In this document: in pieces, positions 25,495 to 37,770 of the stretch | Numbering within the stretch: the first letter of the stretch is position 1 | How the letters are laid out: each line of letters begins with the position of its first letter | DNA from: Chiloscyllium plagiosum | Taxonomy: Eukaryota | Reading direction: 5' to 3' | NCBI RefSeq assembly: GCF_004010195.1 | Contig: NC_057724.1 | Span: 54,564,490-54,628,489, forward strand | Length of the DNA stretch: 64,000 nt | Notes under the pieces: model-generated | Database searches by the model: none | Told to the model about the DNA's origin: nothing | What the model saw: the letters and a program-made list of their open reading frames with translations, nothing else | Made by a program: the position numbers and the translations under genes

Positions 25495-25780
25495 GTGAAG
25501 GAAAGAAAGGAGGTGAGTTAGGAGTATTAATTTAAGAGGACAATACAGTGTCGAAGAGAGAGAACATCTTAGAGAACAGTTATTGAATACTTAAGAGACA
25601 ATGACCATCATATCATTACCTTGGTTATGGAAGAGGAAATGGGGGAGTAGTCCAAAGTAAAAATGTTTAATTGAAGATAAGCCAAGTTCAATGGCTTAAG
25701 AATGGGATTGACCTAAGTAAATTGTAATCAAAGATTGTCAGGTAAAATGGAACAATGAACTGACTGTCTCTAAAGATTGA
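25495..25780 (+). mobile_element. CR1 ORF2 endonuclease-region relic
   Basis: EGKKGGELGVLI resembles the DRxGKKGGGVAVLI motif of CR1 APE endonucleases. Confidence 0.6.
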
Positions 25781-25792
25781 CAGTTGCCAGTC

Positions 25793-25961
25793 CATAGACT
25801 GCAGATGCTGGAGATTACAGTTGAGAGTGTGGTGTTGGAAAAACACAGCTGGTCAGGCAGCATCCGAGGAACAGTAAAAGCCCTTCCTGATGAAGGGACT
25901 TTGCCCGAAACATTGATTTTCCTGCACCTCAGATGCTGTGTTTTTCCAGCACCACACTCTC
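25793..25961. mobile_element. Penelope-like family A fold-back insertion
   Basis: Forward plus inverted halves; CTGATGA...GCCCGAAA core at 25887-25910 (+); 14-bp TSD GACAGTTGCCAGTC (25779-25792, 25962-25975). Confidence 0.85.
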
Positions 25962-26198
25962 GACAGTTGCCAGTCATGTGACCTTTTCCATTTAATTGTC
26001 CATTCATCATCTTATTAGTTACGCAGCTGGCCTTTTTGGAACCCATTCATGGTATTGTGCATTAGGAGAGGAGAAGGTGTTTGCTGCTTCAGGAACATTA
26101 CAAAGTTCATGCTCTTACTGCTAAATTTAAACCATTTCAGATGGTGCAGCCAAGAGCTGCTCTTCAAACTCTGGTGCTCCACTGTGAGTACTAAGGAC

Positions 26199-26434
26199 AT
26201 GTCTCAGAAAGGGAAACAGGCATTGTGCATCTCCATCAGAGACCTGGAAGTGCTGATGGGCAATGTGCTGGAGCGGAGGGCTAAGCTTTGTTTGAATGAC
26301 TGCAAAAGAGGCCACACTACCAGACTCAGCCAGCGCAGAATGAGATATTGTCCCAGGTCTGTGCAGTGACCAATGTTAAAAGTAATGCCCAGCGGTGTAA
26401 AAGGAGGGTCCGTGATCTTCTGTGCTTTGTAAGA
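26199..26434 (+). pseudogene. Harbinger Myb/SANT-like gene, exon 1 relic
   Basis: MSQKGKQALCISIRDLEVLMGNVLERRAKL...(frameshift) ILSQVCAVTNVKSNAQRCKRRVRDLL, followed by a decayed donor ATAAGT. Confidence 0.65.
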
Positions 26435-26661
26435 ATAAGTGTCACTATCTGCTCTCAGCTACCTCACAATCACAGGCTCAGAATTCACTCTAACCCTGCC
26501 ACTGCACATGCTGTTCACTAAGGTTCACTGACTATAACTTCTACTATTGCAAGTAGCATGTCTGCTCAATGGCTGTTATCCACTTCATCCTCCCAAACTA
26601 CTAATTCTTCCTAACCCCTGTGCTTCCTATTCACTCACTGGGAACCATCTCACCATTTACA

Positions 26662-28040
26662 GTCATAGAGTTATAGAGATGTACAGCACAGAAGCAGACC
26701 CTTCGTCAAACTTGTCCATGCCAACCAGATATCCTAACCTAATCTAGACCCATCTGCCAGCACTTGGCCCATATCCTTCTAGACTCTTCCTTTTCATATA
26801 TCCTTCCAGATCCCTTTTCAATGTTGTAATTGTACCAGCCTCCACCACTTCCTCTGGCAGCTCATTCCATACATGCACCACCCTCTGCATGAAAAAGTTG
26901 CTCCTAGGTCCCTTTTAAATATTTCCCCTCTCGCCCTAAACCTATGCCCTCCAATTCTGGACTCCCCCACCTCGAGGAAAAGACCTTGTCTATTTACATT
27001 ATCCATGTTCCCCATGATTTTATAAACCTCTGTGAGGTCACCCCTCAGCCTCCCATGCTCCAGGGAAAACATCCCTAGCTTATTCAGCCTCCCCCTACAG
27101 CTCAAGCCCTCCAACCCTGGCAACATCCTTTCTCAACTCTTTCAAGTTTCACACAATATTCCAAATGTGACCTAACCAATGTCCTGTGCAGCCACAATGT
27201 GACCTCCCAACTCCTATACTCAATAATCTGACCAATAAAGGCAAGCATACCAAATGTCTTCTTCTATCCTATTTACCTGCGACTCCACTTTCAAGGAACT
27301 AATTACCTGCATTCCAAGGTCTCTTCATTCAGCAACACTCCCCAAGTGTATAATTCCTGTGAAGATTTGCCTTTCCAAAATGCAGCACCTCACATTTATC
27401 TAAATTAAACTCCATCTGCTACTCCTCAGCCCATTGACCCATCTGATCATGATCCTGTTGTACTCTCAGGTAACCTTTTTTGCTGTCCACTGCATCTCCA
27501 GTTTTGATGTCATCTGCATTCTTACTAACTATATCTCCTTTGTTCACATCCAAATCATTTATGTAAATGACGAAAAGCAGTGGACCCAGCACCGATCCTT
27601 GTGGCACTCCACTGGTCACTGGCCTCCAGTCTGAAAGGCAACCCTCCACAATAACGCTCTGTCTTCTACCTTTGAGTCAGTTCTGTATCCAAATGGTTAG
27701 TTCTCCCTATATTCCATGAGACCTAACCTTGCTAATCAGTCTACCATCAGGAACCTTGTCGAATGCTTTACTGAAGCCCATATAGATCACATCCACTGCT
27801 CTACCCTGATCAGTGCTCTTCGTTACTTCTTCAGATAACTCAATCAAGTTCTTGAGACATGATTTCCCACACACAAAGCCATGTTGACTCGCCCTGATCA
27901 GTCCTTACCTTTCCAAATACATGTAAATCCTGTCCTTCAGGAATCCTTCCAACAACTTACCTCCAACCGATGTTAGGCTCACCAGTCAATAGTTCCCTGG
28001 CTTTTCCTTACCATAATCTTAAATAATGGCACCATGTTCT
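26662..28040 (-). mobile_element. CR1 LINE, RT C-terminal half + 3' UTR
   Basis: ORF 27419-27649 [29 protein letters not shown]...ADD; ORF 26818-27126 RLRGDLTEVYKIM. Confidence 0.95.
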
Positions 28041-28116
28041 GCTGTTCTTCTATCACTATGAATGGCTCTTCTATCCACTTCCATCATACTCAGTCTGTCA
28101 TTTTATTTCACTGCAA

Positions 28117-28240
28117 GAAAAACCAATCCACAGTCAGGCAGAGAGTTTGAAGACTGGCCAAGAGGTACTGAGCTTAATACCTCTCATAACATATCAGGAA
28201 AAGATGTAGGATTTTGTCAGAGAAGAGCATGACCACACAT
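28117..28240 (+). pseudogene. Harbinger Myb/SANT-like gene, exon 2 relic
   Basis: After a pyrimidine tract: EKPIHSQAESLKTGQEVLSLIPLITYQEKM*DFVREEHD, resembling the EK.ahn.rer.kTGGG....Lt..Ee continuation of this family. Confidence 0.55.
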
Positions 28241-29315
28241 ATTGGGGTGCACACACTTCCATGACCAATCATCCAAGTGAACTATATCGCACTGTGCTGC
28301 TTTCCCATTACTACAAGTGCTAACTAATTCTTAATCTGCAGCAGTTTATATCCAGAATCTATCCCTCATAGACCCAGTGAACCACTGCTAGGAAGAAACT
28401 ACACTGTAGTCCCTCAGTTTCACATCTACCTCTCAGGAGGAGGTCACTGAACCCTCAAAGGAAGTACTTGCAATTTGGTGTTCTCTCCATGCCAATTGCA
28501 GACCTTGGGACTGCACTTAGATGCAATGGAAGTGAAAAGGAAAAAAAGAAACATTGAAATCGCATGTGTAGCATGGACAAAAATTCATTTTAAAATTTCT
28601 AGCATTTTTGTTAATATATGTTCACTTTAATACTTTAACTCTTGAAATATCTCCTCTAGCCTCTGTTGTTCTCAGACCTAGTGAAGGTGCATCCATTTGA
28701 GAGTTGAGCAGCCCCTTCAGATATCCCAAGGAGTTAAGGTTTACTCAGATCTCAAAAGCAACTGACTCCTTGACTAAAGACAGCTTCAGACATCAGGGGT
28801 CCTTTAAAGATGACTTTGAGGAGTGAAGCCCAAGTGTTGATTGTTAATTGTTGAAAAACTGAGGCTACAAACAACGTGCAAGGAATATGGTAGATTTGCA
28901 CAGATTATTCACACTTACATAACCTCCCCTTTAACATCCCCTTCAGTGAGTGTGAGAGAGCACAGAGTCAGAGTCGATTGTCTACGTGTCTGGAGGGATA
29001 ATTTCTCTCTGATTATCAGCTTCTGAAGAGGGCATAATGTCATTCAAGGTTGGGAGATGTACAAGTGGAAGTCACACCTCACTGTCCTTCATAGTGCATT
29101 AGTCTGCCAAGAGATGCTGTCCTTTAGGTTGCTCATGCATTTCATGGCAATTTAGCAGCCTATGCAAACTCTGAAATGTTGAAAGCTAATCATTTATAGA
29201 ATAGTGAAAAAGAGCTATCTATGCATTGCTCCCAAACTGCTACCAACCATAAGAGACTGCACTCTACAACACAGAGATATCATATGTTGATAACATTATA
29301 CAATGTTAATTCCCT

Positions 29316-29428
29316 AGGAGAAAGTGAGGAATGCAGATTCTGGAGATCAGAATCGAAAAATGTGGTGCTGGAAAAGCACAGCAGGTCAGGCAGCATCCGA
29401 GGAATCAACATTTCGGGCCTTCATCGGG
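29316..29428 (-). mobile_element. Penelope-like family A repeat, internally deleted
   Basis: AGGAGAAAGTGAGGAATGCAGA...; 12-bp TSD AATGTTAATTCC (29302-29313, 29429-29440). Confidence 0.8.
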
Positions 29429-29469
29429 AATGTTAATTCCTTGTCTCTCTGAATGCTATTTTTTCTCTA

Positions 29470-29705
29470 AAGGTTAATAGAATCTATATAATGTACATTC
29501 TTGAAGGTTGGATCACCTGAAGGTACCACACATAGGATCATATTGATATGAAAACACTTATTCATCATCAGAAACTTTAAGAACTTCAGAAAAAGGTTTA
29601 AGAAAAAGGGAGTGAGAGTTGTTGTTTGGAAATTGAACCTCCAGGCGCACATTGACTAGGGACTGACAAAGGGCTACTTACCATGTAACAAATGGAAAGT
29701 CGCAT
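29470..29705 (+). mobile_element. LTR-retrotransposon 3' internal end, polypurine tract and LTR start
   Basis: AAGAAAAAGGGAGTGAGAGT|TGTTGTTTGGAAATTGAACCT is homologous to 43640-43685. Confidence 0.6.
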
Positions 29706-29711
29706 AATGAA

Positions 29712-31385
29712 AGAATCATAGATGGGTTACGGCACAGAGAAAACCTGTTCAGCCTCGTTATGTCTGCACTAGGTCTCCAAATGAGTATCATGACTCTTGC
29801 TTTTTCTCCATACCATTGCACTTTGTTTTTACTGTAATCATCTCATGCCCTCTTGAATGCTTTAATTAAGTTTGCTTCTGCCACATTTCCAGGTAGCACA
29901 TTCCAGACCCATGCCACTCATTGCATCAAAATGTTATTTTCCCATATCATACCTTTTACAAATCTTTTTATGAACAGGAATGCTAACTCCTTAGCTACTC
30001 TATTATGCCTCACCCCTCCCCCAGCATGACTTTGAAAACAACTATCAGATTAGCCATCTTTGTTCCAAAGAGAACAGTTGCAATGTCTCTAATCACTCCT
30101 CATAAGTTAGGTTTCCCATCTCTGCAACCAGGCTCATAAGTCTCTTTTGCACTCTCTCCAATACATTCATATTCTTCTTATAATGTGGCAACCAGAATGC
30201 AATATTCCAGCTGAGGTCTAACAAGTTCAACATCACCTCCTTGCTCCATTCCCTTACTAATAAAACTGAAGATACTGGGTGCTTTATTAATTGCTCTCTA
30301 CAATCTTCCTGCCACCTCAATGATATTTGCAATATACACACCTAGATCCCACTGCTCCTGCACTCTCTTTAGAAATACACCCCTTATTTGATGTTGTTAG
30401 TGCATATTCTCCCTACCAGATTGCATCACCTCTCACTTCATTGCGTTAAATGTCATCTGCCACGTATCTGCTCACTTTCATTTCCTTTTGAAGTTTTACA
30501 GTCTTCTCACAGTTTATGATGCTTCCAAGTTTCATAATGTCTGCAAACTTTAAGTTTGTCCCCTGCACACCAAGATCTAGATCAGTAATATACATCAGGA
30601 AGAGGAAGTGTACAAATATTAATCCCTGGGAACTTGACTACAAGCTTTCCTCCAGTCTGAAAAATATCCATGAGCCATTGCCTTTGTTTCTACCAAGTTT
30701 GTAACCATGTTACTACTGTCCCTTTTATTCCATGAGCTATAACTTTTCTTACAAGTCTGTTGGAGGCACTGTGTCAAATGCCTTCTGGAAGTCCACATCA
30801 ACAGCATTATCCTCATCTTTCTGCTACCTCTTCAAGAAAGTCCAAGGATCAAAATTTCCCCTTCAGAAATCCATGCTGGATCAACCCATTCCTTTCCACA
30901 TAATTATTAATTCAATCCCAAATCATTGCTTCTTGGAAGTTTCTCATCACTGAAACTAAACTGACCTGCTTGTAATTGCCGGGCTTATTCTTGGAAACCT
31001 TTTTGAAGAAGGATATGATATAATTCTACAGTCCACTGACACCTGCCCTGAGTCTAGGAAGACTGAAAGACTGTAGCTAATGCCCTTGCAATGTCCACCA
31101 GTTGGCATGGATGCATCTATCTGATCTCAATTTCTTGACACCTTTAAGATACAATAATCTATCCAACATTTCTTCCTTATCAATTTTGAATCCTTCTAGT
31201 GACAGAGTTCCTCCTTTGTCACCATGATCTGGGTAACATCTAGTCCTTGTTAAAGACAGACACAAAATATTCATTTAACACCTCAGCCATGCTCACTGCC
31301 TTCAAGTGTAAATCTCCTTTTGTTCCATACTTGGCCCTACTCTTCCTTTTATCATTCTTGCTATTTATATGCCAATAGAAGCCTT
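29712..31385 (-). mobile_element. Old CR1 LINE (RT region to 3' end)
   Basis: FWLPHYKKNMNVLERVQKRL; VDFQKAFDTVP on - strand at ~30765-30798. Confidence 0.85.
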
Positions 31386-31479
31386 TGAGAAACGAAGTCA
31401 AAACACAGTTCATGCTTGGTGGAAATTGGTTTCAATGGCCTCTTGCACTCTTATGCTTTCTTATTGACCCTGCTGGTAA

Positions 31480-32290
31480 ATGTCTTGGTCATCATTCTCA
31501 CCTGAATCCTAATAAGATTGCTGCCTGTACGCCATTTAGTCTGCATCTAGGGCATGCCCCTTCATCAGCCCCAGTAAGGGCAGAATGTGCCATGATGATG
31601 TGGCACACCTTTCTGGGTTACACTGCAAAGCTCTGCCAAAGCAGGCCAGGGATCGAAACCCTATCTTAAGAAGGTCTATAATCCTTGTGGAAGTGTGAAC
31701 TATGTTGAATCTCTGTTCTGCATCAGAAAGAATGTTTTATAAAGGTATAATTAGCCACCTTTGAACAGTGTAGTTAGTCCTTTATATCCAACAGCCATCA
31801 CTGTGTTCTGATTTAATTTGTTATTGTCACATGTATCTAAGTACAGTGAGAAGTTTTGTTTTTCGTACAATACAAAAGCTTAAACACAAATCTCAACAGG
31901 TTCAGGAACAGTTTCTTCCCTACTGTTATTAGACTTCTGAATGGACCTCTCCACTTCTAAATTTAATGTTAATCTCACTCTTTGCGCACCTTCCCTGCAG
32001 CTGTAACATTGTATTCCTTGCTCTGTTCTATTCCCCTGATGCACTTTGTATGGTATGATCTGCCTGTATGGCTGGAAATACTGGAAGTAGATAAGAATTC
32101 TCCAACATGTACACATCACAGCAACTCCAAAAATATTGGGCACAGACTTCCTAAGCCTTATGTCAATGGTCACAAATAAGTTGAACATTGATGAAGTGAA
32201 GCTTTTTCTGTTGACGAACTCTGCAAGTTGTGATCAGACACCTGCAAGTAATGTTTCCATATGTTGGAGGACTCAGGCAAGTGCTGCAAT
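31480..32290 (-). pseudogene. PIF/Harbinger DDE transposase relic, split by a LINE insertion
   Basis: Minus strand, with frameshifts: FVNRKSF.FINVQLICDH...VCAQYFWSCCDVYML; QRWLIIPL...DAEQRFNIVHTSTRIIDLLKIGFRSL...ALQCNPER, matching HARBI1-type motifs NRKG.HS.NVQ..CD, GS.HD, WL.TP and H.STR..IE..IG.LK.RFRCL. Confidence 0.8.
31808..32072. mobile_element. Rex1/Babar-like LINE 3' fragment with internal inversion
   Basis: + strand NRFRNSFFPTVIRLLN and 3' UTR (31880-32072); the terminal tail of the same UTR lies on the - strand at 31808-31875. Confidence 0.6.
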
Positions 32291-33224
32291 TTTCTAAGGA
32301 TGGTTCCCAGAAGCCCTCTATTCAGTCTCCAGGACAGCAAAGAAGAATTAGTTGCAGCCTCAACCAGTGTTTTCTAAATTTAACACAGGCTTAGCATTTT
32401 TTAAAATTTTGCTCATATTTTTGTTTTCTGTTTCCCTTTAAAACCTTACACCAGTTCTCTCTCAAATGAGTTAAGAAGGAGTCTGTTGCTAAGCTTCAAG
32501 CAATGTTGTTCTATGATTAGTAACTAAGCAGAGAAAATTGGAGAGACATCAACATTTTATTCTTGGCATCAGGCATTTGATAGGGGATTTTGTAGAAGTA
32601 TATACGTTGATAAGTGGTGTGGAAAATGCAAAACCAAACAATTTTGTTGAAATAAATCACAAGAGTAGAAGAAAGGACCACAAGTTCAAACTAGAAAGAT
32701 GCAAATTTAGAAGTGAAATCAAGAAACTCTTCATGTAAAGAATGATTAAGAATTGAGATAACCTCCAGAATAGAGGAGATGGGAGAAGCATCATTGAAGA
32801 GCCAATTGAATTCCCTATTATGATACAGACAAATTACAAGTTCTTAGAAGAACCTCTCTCACCACTTATCCATAAATAGTTTAAGGTTGATTTTTTTTTC
32901 CCTTTAAAATAGTGATGGTGCATTTCCTCACTCTCTCTTGGTGGACTCTGATTTAGAAGGTCTGTAACAGTACTATTGTAACATTAAACTAATAGTAGGA
33001 TTCGTTTCACATGATCTTGGACATGTAATGCAACGATGCACATACATACACATACAAGAGCAATTGAACTAAAAAGTACAATCTAAGTACAAAACAGCTA
33101 AGGGATAACAGCTTATCACTATCTTTGCTTTTCCAATGGAGTCCAGAAGTACACAGCTGGAGTTAGCAGTCGAAAACTCCTTTGTCGGGGTAGCTGATTG
33201 ATGAGCTGTCAGTTCAGGAGTCAT

Positions 33225-34450
33225 GGACATAGAATATAGAACATTACAGGCCTGTTGACCCTCAATGTTGCGCCAACCTGTGGAACCAATCTGAAACCTA
33301 TCTATCCTGCACTATCCATTTTCATTCATATGACCAATTATATGCCTTTAAAGTTAGCCAGTCTATGACGTTGCAGGCAGTGCGTTCCATGCCCCTACTA
33401 CTCTCCGAGTAAAGAACCTACCTCTGACATCTGTCCTCCATCTACCACTCTTCAATTTAAAGTTATATACCCTGGTGTTAGCCATTAGCATCCGTGGAAA
33501 AAGGCTCTCAGTGTCCAACCTATCTAACCCTCTGATTATCTTGAATGCCTCAATTAAGTCACCTCTCAACTTCTTCACTCTAACAAAAACAGTCTCAAGT
33601 CCCTCAGCCTTTCCTCATAAGACCTTCCCCCCATACCAGGAAACAGCCTTGTAAATCTCCTCTGAACCCTTTCCAAAGCTTCCACACCCTTCTTATAATG
33701 CGGTGACCAGAACTGTACACAATACTTCAAGTGCGGCCGTACCAGAGTTTTGTACAGTTGCAGCAGGACTTTGTAGCTCTGAAACTCAATCCCTCTACCA
33801 ATAAAAGCTAACACACTGTATGCCTTCTTAACAACCCTATCAACCTGGGTGGTAACTTTCATGGATCTATGTACATGGACACCGAGATCTCTCTCTGCTC
33901 GTCTCCACTATCAAGACTCTTACCATTAGCCCAGCGCTCTTTATTCTTGTTGCTGCTTCCAAAGTGAATCACCTCACACTTTTCCACATTAAACTCCATT
34001 TGCCACCTCTCAGACCAGTTCTGCTGCTCATCTATATTCCTCTATAACCTGCAATATCCTTCAGCAATATTCACAACTCCACTGAACTTAGTGTCATCCT
34101 CAAATTTATTAACCCATCCTCCTACGCCCTCATCTAAGTAATTTATAAAAATGACAAACAGCAGTGGCCTCAAACAGATCCTTGTGGTACACCACTAGTA
34201 ACTGAACTCCGGGATGAACATTTCCCATCAACCACCGCCATCTTCTTTCAGCTAGCCAAATTCTGATTCAAACCGCTAAATCACCCTCAATCCCATGCCT
34301 TGTACTTTGTGCAATAGCCTACCATGGGGAACCTTATCAAACGGTGCAATAGCCTACCATGGGGAACCTTATCAAACGCCTTACTAAAATCCATATACAC
34401 CACATCAATGGCTTTACCCTCTTCCACCTATTTCGTCACCATCTCAAAGA
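33225..34450 (-). mobile_element. CR1 LINE, RT to 3' end
   Basis: ORFs 33575-33862 and 33363-33578 (LYKTLVRPHLKYCVQFWSPHYKK; FFTRRVVGAWNALP). Confidence 0.95.
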
Positions 34451-34459
34451 ACATCTCAA

Positions 34460-36066
34460 AGACAGTTTCTTCTTTTTAAAAAAATGGTTCAAAGGTTTCC
34501 TGAAGAATATTGCTGAAATGTAACTTCAGTTTCACTGGTTTGATGAAAGAAAAATTGATTGCTTCCAGAGGGCACAAATACAGGTTGTTGATTGTATTTC
34601 ATAGACTGGAGGCTTTTCCTTTGTAGCCTGGAATTAAGAGTGTTGATATTGTCTGTTGTACGAAATGGTGATGACCTACTAATTAATGCTATTTGAAAAT
34701 TATATAGTTCAGTGCTATGGGAGTCATGTAACCAAGTCACTTTTGGTGGAATGGAACAGTTCCCATTGAGACAGGGGCTTGCATTAGAGATAAACAACTG
34801 TCCATGGCCCAAACAAAACCTCACTTTAAACTTAAAGAAAATCTGTTACCTTCCTTGTGGCAGCTGCTTTGAGCTATGACTTTTGATTTGATAAATCAGA
34901 CATTCTCCAAGTATATCAGTCTTTTTCTACTTCTTTCAACCAGAGGAAGACAACTAACCACCAAGAGCCTGGCTAGGCAAAGACAGGTCATCCCAATTTT
35001 GGATTCAGGAAGCAAAGTCCACTGAACTAGCTCTACAGTTTCTTCAACCTCCGCCAATAAGCAATTTTCTCTATTTGTATGTCTGTGTGTGTAGCGAGGG
35101 AGCTTATAAGGAGATTGGAGTTTTAGTTAATAGTGCTATATGCTAATGGCTTATGCTTGTTTATCTGTAGCTATCATCTAATTACTTAAAATAAATAACC
35201 ATTCTTATTCAGTACAGAAACAGGGATCTTGCGGTTCAAGCCCATAGCTCCCTCAAAGTGGCCACACAAGTAGATAGGGTGGTAAAAAAGGCATATAGCA
35301 TGTTTGCCTTTATTGGTCAGGGAATTGAGTACAAGAGTCAGGATGTCATGTCGCAGCCTTATAAGATTTTGGGTAGGCAACACTTAGAGTATTGCGTTCA
35401 ATTCTGGTCACCACATTACAGGAAGGATATGGATGTTTTGGAAAGGATGCAGGAGAAGTTTACTCCTGGATACTGCATGGATTAGAAGGTATGAGCTATA
35501 AAGAGAGGCTCAAGTTGTTTTCTCTAGAGCAGTGGAGACTGAGGGGAGACTTGATAGGCATCTATAAAATTCTGTGATACATAGATAGAATTGATGGTCA
35601 GAATCTTTTTCCCAGAGTTGAAATGTCTAATACTAAGGAGCATGCATTTAAGGTGAGAGGGGAGAGTTCAAAGGGGATATGAGGAACAAGGTTTTTACAC
35701 AGAGAGTGGTAGGAGTCTGGAACATGCTGCCGGGGTGGTAGTAGAGGCAAATACGATAGGGACATTTAAGGGACTTTTAGAAAAGCACATGAATGTACAA
35801 GGAATAGAGGGGTATGGATGAAAGGCAGCCATTAGGGATTAGTTTGATTTGGCATCATGGTTGGTACAAAATCATGGGCCAAAGGGGCCATTCCTGTGCT
35901 GTACTTTTCTATCTTCAATGATCTATAGAAACTTTTCTATCAACTTGATCTGAAAGTCAAATAAACTGGGGTATTGTGCAGACCTTAAACAAAACTTTAA
36001 CATTTTGTAAGACTCCAGAAATGGTGGGGCTTGATTTGCTGAGCACTACCCCAATAGGTCATAACA
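34460..36066 (+). mobile_element. Probable solo LTR interrupted by a CR1
   Basis: AATAAA signals and terminal ...GGTCATAACA; sequence resumes across the CR1 with an imperfect repeat TACAGAAAC/TATAGAAAC. Confidence 0.45.
35222..35925 (+). mobile_element. CR1 LINE 3' end
   Basis: ORF 35258-35485 QVDRVVKKAYSMFAFIGQGIEYKS...EYCVQFWSPHYRKD. Confidence 0.95.
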
Positions 36067-36079
36067 GCACAGGGGATTA

Positions 36080-36632
36080 GTAAACAAACTAAGAAGCATG
36101 TAAATGTAATTGTAAGAGCATGCAGTAGCATATTTAATATATCCTGAGAATTGGTTAAAAGGCGGAAAGCAGAGTGTTGGAATAAATAGATTATTTTCAG
36201 GATTACAGGCTGGTACTAGTGGGTACCACAAGAGCCAGTGCTAGGTCCACAATTATGTATATAAATGGTTTAGATGTGGGGACCAATTGTAATATTACTA
36301 AATTTGCTGATGCCACCAAACAGCGTGGGAATGGAAATTATGAAAAGGGTGTAAAGTGGCTTAAAGAAGACTGGACAAGCTAAGTGGCTAGAACATGGCA
36401 AGTAGGATGTAAATCAGTGTAAAATTATTCACTGTGGTTGAGAAAAGAACAGAAAAACAGAACAGCTCTTAAATGATGAGGGGTTGAGAACTGTGGATAT
36501 CCAAAGAGATTTAGGTGTCCATGTTCAAATGTGACTAAAAGTTAGCATGAATGTGCACTTAGAATTAGCAATGAGAAAGACAAATAGTATGTTGGCATTC
36601 ATTTCAAGAGGGTTTGAATACAGAAGTATACA
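36080..36632 (+). mobile_element. Old CR1 RT fragment
   Basis: TSGYHK..VLGP, KFADATK, IQRDLGVHV motifs. Confidence 0.8.
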
Positions 36633-36744
36633 TGTGTGCGTTTCTGAAGTTGGGTGAAACTTAATTGGGAGGCTGCACTTATTTCCAGCAGGTTGTGCCT
36701 TCAGTGAACTGCAATACATTCAGTCACTCTAGTCTAACTACTCA

Positions 36745-37770
36745 CAGGCCTGCTTCGTAGGCTGTTTCCATCAACCTTGTTTACACGAGCAATGTCCAGT
36801 TTTGTTTGGCCACCTCATTTGTTTAACCTTTTCAAAAGAAATGAAAAATATCTGTGTCCGTTTCAACAAATCTTGGGAAGTGTGCACAAATGTGTGCAGC
36901 TCTCCACTGGTTCTTGGATTAACCCAGATCTATCCTCATCAGAATATTCCCAAGAAAATCTCTTTTTTAGTTGCAGCTTTTTAAACTGGTATTCATTCTC
37001 TGTGTCCTTTTCCCTAACTTTAAATTTCAGCTCTAACTCCTTAAATTATTGCTCTTAATACTTCTCCTCTCTCTGAAATGTTCTATCTCTTTTTCTGATC
37101 GCTGAAGTGCTTCTCTTTCAGGTATTTAATTTCTATTTCTCTCTCCTGTTCAAGCTTTTTAATTTGCAATTGAATTCTTGCTAACACAACTGATTTGCCA
37201 TCTAGTTTGCATTGCTATTCTTCCAATTTCAAGTGTTGTGCTATTGCCTCAATGATGTTTATCTCCCTAGCTCCTACCATCATTTTACCCTAACCTCTCA
37301 GTGAATTCAACTAGTCTAACCTTGGCAGAAGTGGGTACTGCAGATGCTGGAGATTAGAATCAAGATTAGAGTAGTGCTGGAAAAGCACAGCAGACCTGGC
37401 AGCATCTGAGGAGCAGGAAAATTGATGTTTCGGGCAAAAGCCCAAAAAGGTTCCTGATGAAGGGCTCCTGCCTAAAACGCCGATTTTCCTGCTCCTTGGA
37501 TGCTGGATTAGAGTGGTGCTGGAAAAGCACAGCTGTTCAGGCAGCATCCGAGGAGCAGTAAAATCGACGTTTCGGGAAAAAGCTCTTCATCAGGAATACA
37601 TGATGAAGGGCTTTTGCCCAAAACATCGATTTTCCTGCTCCTCGGATACTGCCTGATCTGCTGTGCTTTTCCAGCACCACTCTAATCTAGTCTAACCTTG
37701 GTTATTCTTCACTAATCATTCAGGAGTGAATCTTTCTTCCCCCAAAATGACTTCGCAACTGCAAACATGA
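36745..37770 (-). pseudogene. Gypsy (Gmr1-like) gag relic
   Basis: Minus strand IIEAIAQHLKLEE...LARIQLQIKKLEQERE coiled coil, then FFISFEKVKQMRWP, the F..FEK.A....WP motif of Gmr1-like gag. Confidence 0.75.
37326..37686. mobile_element. Penelope-like family A four-segment (forward-reverse-forward-reverse) insertion
   Basis: Two nested hairpins; 15-bp TSD CTAGTCTAACCTTGG (37311-37325, 37687-37701); hammerhead cores at 37454 (+), 37562-37597 (-), 37601 (+). Confidence 0.9.

Noticed and set aside
25425-25518. Apparent first exon MMMQTAV...EGKKG ending in a perfect AG|GTGAGT donor
   Set aside because: The donor falls inside a CR1 endonuclease relic (EGKKGG motif), so it is probably coincidental
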